Both the position numbers and the translations under genes were made by a program. A stretch of DNA of 64,000 nt from an uncultured delta proteobacterium (GTDB lineage: Bacteria; Myxococcota_A; Polyangia; Fen-1088): NCBI GenBank assembly GCA_963796685.1, contig CAWCMR010000013.1, positions 160,001-224,000 of the forward strand, read 5' to 3'. Positions 60,883-64,000 of the stretch are shown here, piece by piece; position 1 is the first letter of the stretch, and the number at the start of each line of letters is the position of its first letter. Under the pieces are notes generated by a model. That model was not told the DNA's origin, did not search any database, and worked only from the letters and a program-made list of their open reading frames with translations.

Positions 60883-61095
60883 ATGGCAACTGGCAAGGTG
60901 AAGTGGTTCAGTGACGCCAAGGGGTATGGCTTCATTGCACGGGATGGGGAAGACGATGTCTTCGTCCATTACTCGGCAATCGAGGCCGAAGGGTACCGGT
61001 CTCTGAGCCAGGGGCAGACAGTGGAGTTCGAGATCACCAAGGGTCCCAAGGGACTTCAGGCAACCAGCGTGAAGAGGCAAGAGGCTCAGAGCTGA
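60883..61095 (+). CDS. Cold-shock protein (CspA family)
   Basis: [18 protein letters not shown]...DVFVHYSAI...GPKGLQA. Confidence 0.97.
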   Translation: MATGKVKWFSDAKGYGFIARDGEDDVFVHYSAIEAEGYRSLSQGQTVEFEITKGPKGLQATSVKRQEAQS

Positions 61096-61204
61096 GTTTG
61101 AAGAGCCAAATCAGCGGCACTTGAAACGCGCTGGCACCGGTGGGCATGTCCCGTCGGTTGCCCGGCGCCGAGACCCCGAGGACCTTCATCGGGTCCTTCA
61201 GATG

Positions 61205-61240
61205 AAACGGCCGGTGCCCTCTGGGTGTCCGGCCGTTTTT
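61205..61240 (+). terminator. Intrinsic terminator after the cold-shock gene
   Basis: AAACGGCCGGTGCCC-TCT-GGGTGTCCGGCCGTTTTT. Confidence 0.7.
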
Positions 61241-61247
61241 ACTTCTT

Positions 61248-61351
61248 ATGGGAACCCTAAGAGGGTTCCCAAACCCTCCCGCGCTCTGGCTCCGCCGGGC
61301 CAAGCCCGGCTCCGCCAACGCGATCATGGGAACCTGATCATGGGAACCCTG
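61248..61351 (+). repeat. Dispersed REP-like palindromic repeat, copy 2
   Basis: Near-identical to the reverse complement of 32927-33016, with a duplicated TGATCATGGGAACC end; further GC-rich palindromes follow to ~61495. Confidence 0.85.
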
Positions 61352-61566
61352 ACCTGAAACCGCCTCGCCCCGCGAAGCGAAGCGAAGCGGGCGAGGGCGC
61401 GGCGAAGCCGCGGGGGCAGGGGTAGGGTGTGCAGGTCCCGAAGCGCCCAAGGGGCGGAGAGGTCGCCGAGCGCAGCGAGGCGGGTGAGGGGCTGTCACGT
61501 TTCACGCTTGAAGGATCCGGGCCATCGGCCCGGTGGCGTTACTGGGAGGGTTCTATCTGGAGGGTT

Positions 61567-62619
61567 CTATCTGTCCTCGGTTTGCCAGGACATCCGGATG
61601 TCCGCGCCTAGCTCGGCGAGCACCTTCTCGCGAAACCGTGTTTTCAGCTTCTCCGCGATCTGTCCCATGCGCTGTTTGGATACGCCAAAGCGCTGACCGA
61701 GAGCGGCCAGGGCCACCGGTTCCGAGGCGAAGGTGGCGAGGTGCTCGCGCCAAATGGCGCGCTCGCGTTCATCCGACAGCCCGTTTTCGAAATCTGTCAT
61801 CAGACCACGAACCGCCTCGGCCAGCTCGCTGCGCGCGGCCTGATCCTCGGGGGAAGCCTCGTGGCGCGAGATGCGCTCGGCCAGGGGGACGCCCTCGTCG
61901 TCGGGGCGGGGATCGAGCGATACCTCGCGCGAGGCCAGGTGGCTCGACACCTCGATGATGTCGGCTTCGTCCACGTCCAATTTGGCGGCCAGCAGCTTGG
62001 GCGTTGGATCGAATCCGGCGGAAAGCAACTTCTGGCGCTCCCTCTCGAGCCGGAAGAAGAGCTTGCGGCCGGCGCGTGTGTTGCCGACGTGAATGAGGCG
62101 CGCGTTGGTCATGAGGAAGCGCAGGACATAGGCGCGAATCCAGTACGCGGCGTACGAGCCGAAGCGCGTGCCGACCTCGGGATCCCAGCGCCGGACGGCC
62201 TCCATCAACCCGACCGAGCCCTCTTGAAACAGGTCCAGCACGTTCAACCAGGCCTGCCGGTATTGGTAGGCGATGGCGACCACCAGCCGCAGGTTGTGCA
62301 CGACCAGCCGTCGGGCAGCGTCGAGATCCCCACGGTCCCGCGCCGCGTGTCCAAGCTCGCGCTCCTCGTTCTCGTCGAGGCGCGCGTGACGGCGGGCTTC
62401 CTCGACGAAGCGTCGAACGGGGTCGCGGAAGGTGACGAGATGCTTTTCCGGCTCGGGCAGAATGCGTTCGAGCGCGGCGTCCTCGACGGGCGCCGTTTCC
62501 GCCGCGGCGGACAGGATGTCCTCCGCGTCGCTCTCGTCGTCGCCGACCGGGCGAGCAGGATCCTCAGCGCTCGCGGACGGTGCGGGGGACACTGGTTTCT
62601 TGGCGCGCGGTCGCTTCAT
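61567..62619 (-). CDS. RNA polymerase sigma factor, RpoH/sigma-32 type
   Basis: LVVHNLRLVV, DLFQEGSVGLMEAV, RFGSYAAYWIRA, RpoH-box-like RKLFFRL, region 4 LGQRFGVSKQRMGQI. Confidence 0.9.
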   Translation of the reverse strand: MKRPRAKKPVSPAPSASAEDPARPVGDDESDAEDILSAAAETAPVEDAALERILPEPEKHLVTFRDPVRRFVEEARRHARLDENEERELGHAARDRGDLDAARRLVVHNLRLVVAIAYQYRQAWLNVLDLFQEGSVGLMEAVRRWDPEVGTRFGSYAAYWIRAYVLRFLMTNARLIHVGNTRAGRKLFFRLERERQKLLSAGFDPTPKLLAAKLDVDEADIIEVSSHLASREVSLDPRPDDEGVPLAERISRHEASPEDQAARSELAEAVRGLMTDFENGLSDERERAIWREHLATFASEPVALAALGQRFGVSKQRMGQIAEKLKTRFREKVLAELGADIRMSWQTEDR

Positions 62620-62624
62620 GGCTG

Positions 62625-63676
62625 TTAGCCGGGCAACGCCGCGAGCAAGGCGTCGTTTTGTTCCGCCGTCCCGATGGTGATACGCAGGTTGTCGTGGAGA
62701 CCTGGCTTGTCGAAGAAGCGCACCAGGATGCCGCGAGCCTTGAGCGCGCGATAGACCGCGGCGGCGTTGCCGCCCGGGCAACGGGCGAACACGAAATTGG
62801 CCTGTGATGGAATGACGTCGTAGCCGCGCTTGCCGAGCTCTTGCGACAGCCGGGCACGCTCGGCGCGAACGGCCTGCCATGACCGGCGGGCATAGTCCTG
62901 ATCCTCGAGCGCGGCGGTGGCGGCCAGGATGGAAATCGCATCGCAGTTGTAGCTATCCTTGACCTTCATCATTTCGGCCACCGTGGCCGGCGCGGCGATG
63001 GCGTAGCCGAAGCGCAGTCCTGCCAACGAATAGCCCTTGCTGAAGGTTCGGCACAACACGACGTTGGGGAAGCTCGCGCACCAGATCCAGGCAGGACTCG
63101 TCGGCGAAATCCACGTAGGCCTCGTCGACGAGCAGCAGGCCATCGAAGGCCAGGGCCAGGTCGCGCACGCGGGATTTCCTTACCAGGGTTCCGCTGGGCG
63201 CGTTGGGATTGGCGAAGAAGATGGCGCGCGCAGCGGTGGCCACCAGGGCGTCGATGGGCAGCTCCCAGCTCGCTTCCCAGGGGACGGTGCGGACGCGATT
63301 TTCCCCTTCCTCGGCGAGCACCGGATAGAGCGAGTAGGTCGGGTCCGGGTAGGCGATGGTGTCGCCCGGTCCGAGGTAGGTGCGCATGACGATGGCCAAG
63401 ATCTCGTCGCTGCCGTTGCCGGCGAGGATCATGTCGTCCGAAACTCCGTGCACGCGCGCGGCCATGGAGCGAAAGGCGTCGGACTTGGGGCTCGGGTAGC
63501 GACGCAGTCTGCTCGGGGTCCACGGTGCGGATCGCTTCCAGCACGCGCGGGCTTGGTGGGAAGGGGTTCTCGTTGGTGTTGAGCTTGATGACCTTCTCCC
63601 CCGGGCCGGGCTGCTCGCCGGGCACGTAGGGGGCCATCTTGGCTACATTCGAACGGGGGCTTGGAAGTCTGGGCAT
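62625..63676 (-). CDS. hisC: Histidinol-phosphate aminotransferase; +1 frameshifts near 63510 and 63068
   Basis: PYVPGEQP..IKLNTNENPFPP, GNGSDE, NPNAPSG, VDEAYVDF, RTFSKGYSLAGLRFG, LRITIG spread over three frames. Confidence 0.9.
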
Positions 63677-63896
63677 GGAATAGGCAGTATTTCGCACATC
63701 GCCAGCCTCGCTGCCAGGCCTGCCAGGTGGGCGGGGGGAGAATCCGCCACTCGCCGTTCCGATTGGGTGCGAGCATCCATCGTGGAAAGGTGTCTCGTTC
63801 TGCCGCCTTCCGCGAGAGCACTGCACTTGTCGCGGGATCACGCGGCTTCTTCTGGCATTGACAGGCCAGGACAGTTCGGCGATACAGCCCACCAAG

Positions 63897-64000
63897 ATGC
63901 GACTTCTGCCCAGGGAAGAATCCTTCTTCGACGACTTCGAGAAACACGCGCAAAAGACCGTCGATGGTTGCCGGGCATTCGTCGAGATGGCCCAGGGCAA
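63897..64000 (+). CDS. DUF47 (phosphate transport regulator) family protein, partial
   Basis: MRLLPREESFFDDFEKHA N-terminus; runs off the window edge. Confidence 0.7.
   Translation, partial: MRLLPREESFFDDFEKHAQKTVDGCRAFVEMAQG

Overview
GC-rich (~68-70%) chromosomal window, most likely from a Myxococcota (Polyangia-like) bacterium, judged from romR beside valS, a MYXO-CTERM-type tail and a PilY1-like adhesin. Backbone: a large PilY1/vWA adhesin (cut by the left edge), gcvR-like, glnD, a TPR protein, a Qrc/Act-like four-gene respiratory complex, a kelch-repeat surface protein, pgl-zwf, opgH/opgD, a beta-CASP MBL hydrolase, a LOG protein, romR-valS, PP2C-cNMP, tRNA-Gln, tRNA-Glu and tRNA-Leu, purNM, yjbQ, an HtrA protease, a MEDS pseudo-kinase, the nrdR-ribD-ribE-ribB-ribH-nusB operon, a cold-shock gene, an RpoH-type sigma factor, hisC and a DUF47 gene (cut by the right edge). 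Two accessory islands lie back to back between the convergent tRNA-Glu and tRNA-Leu. (1) A 3.3-kb integrase-less toxin-antitoxin island in which three antitoxin genes are followed only by short toxin stubs. (2) An 11.9-kb phage-satellite-like element (38089-49996) with a P4-type integrase, AlpA, a replication initiator plus DnaB, a Nu1-like small terminase next to a cos-like site, and standalone capsid-scaffold-like genes, but no capsid, portal or tail genes. It also carries two predicted structured RNAs; a loop of one is complementary to the start region of the next gene. The satellite is the best candidate for an undescribed system. Five backbone genes carry single-base insertions that look like sequencing errors. 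All family assignments come from motif recognition by eye; no database searches were run.
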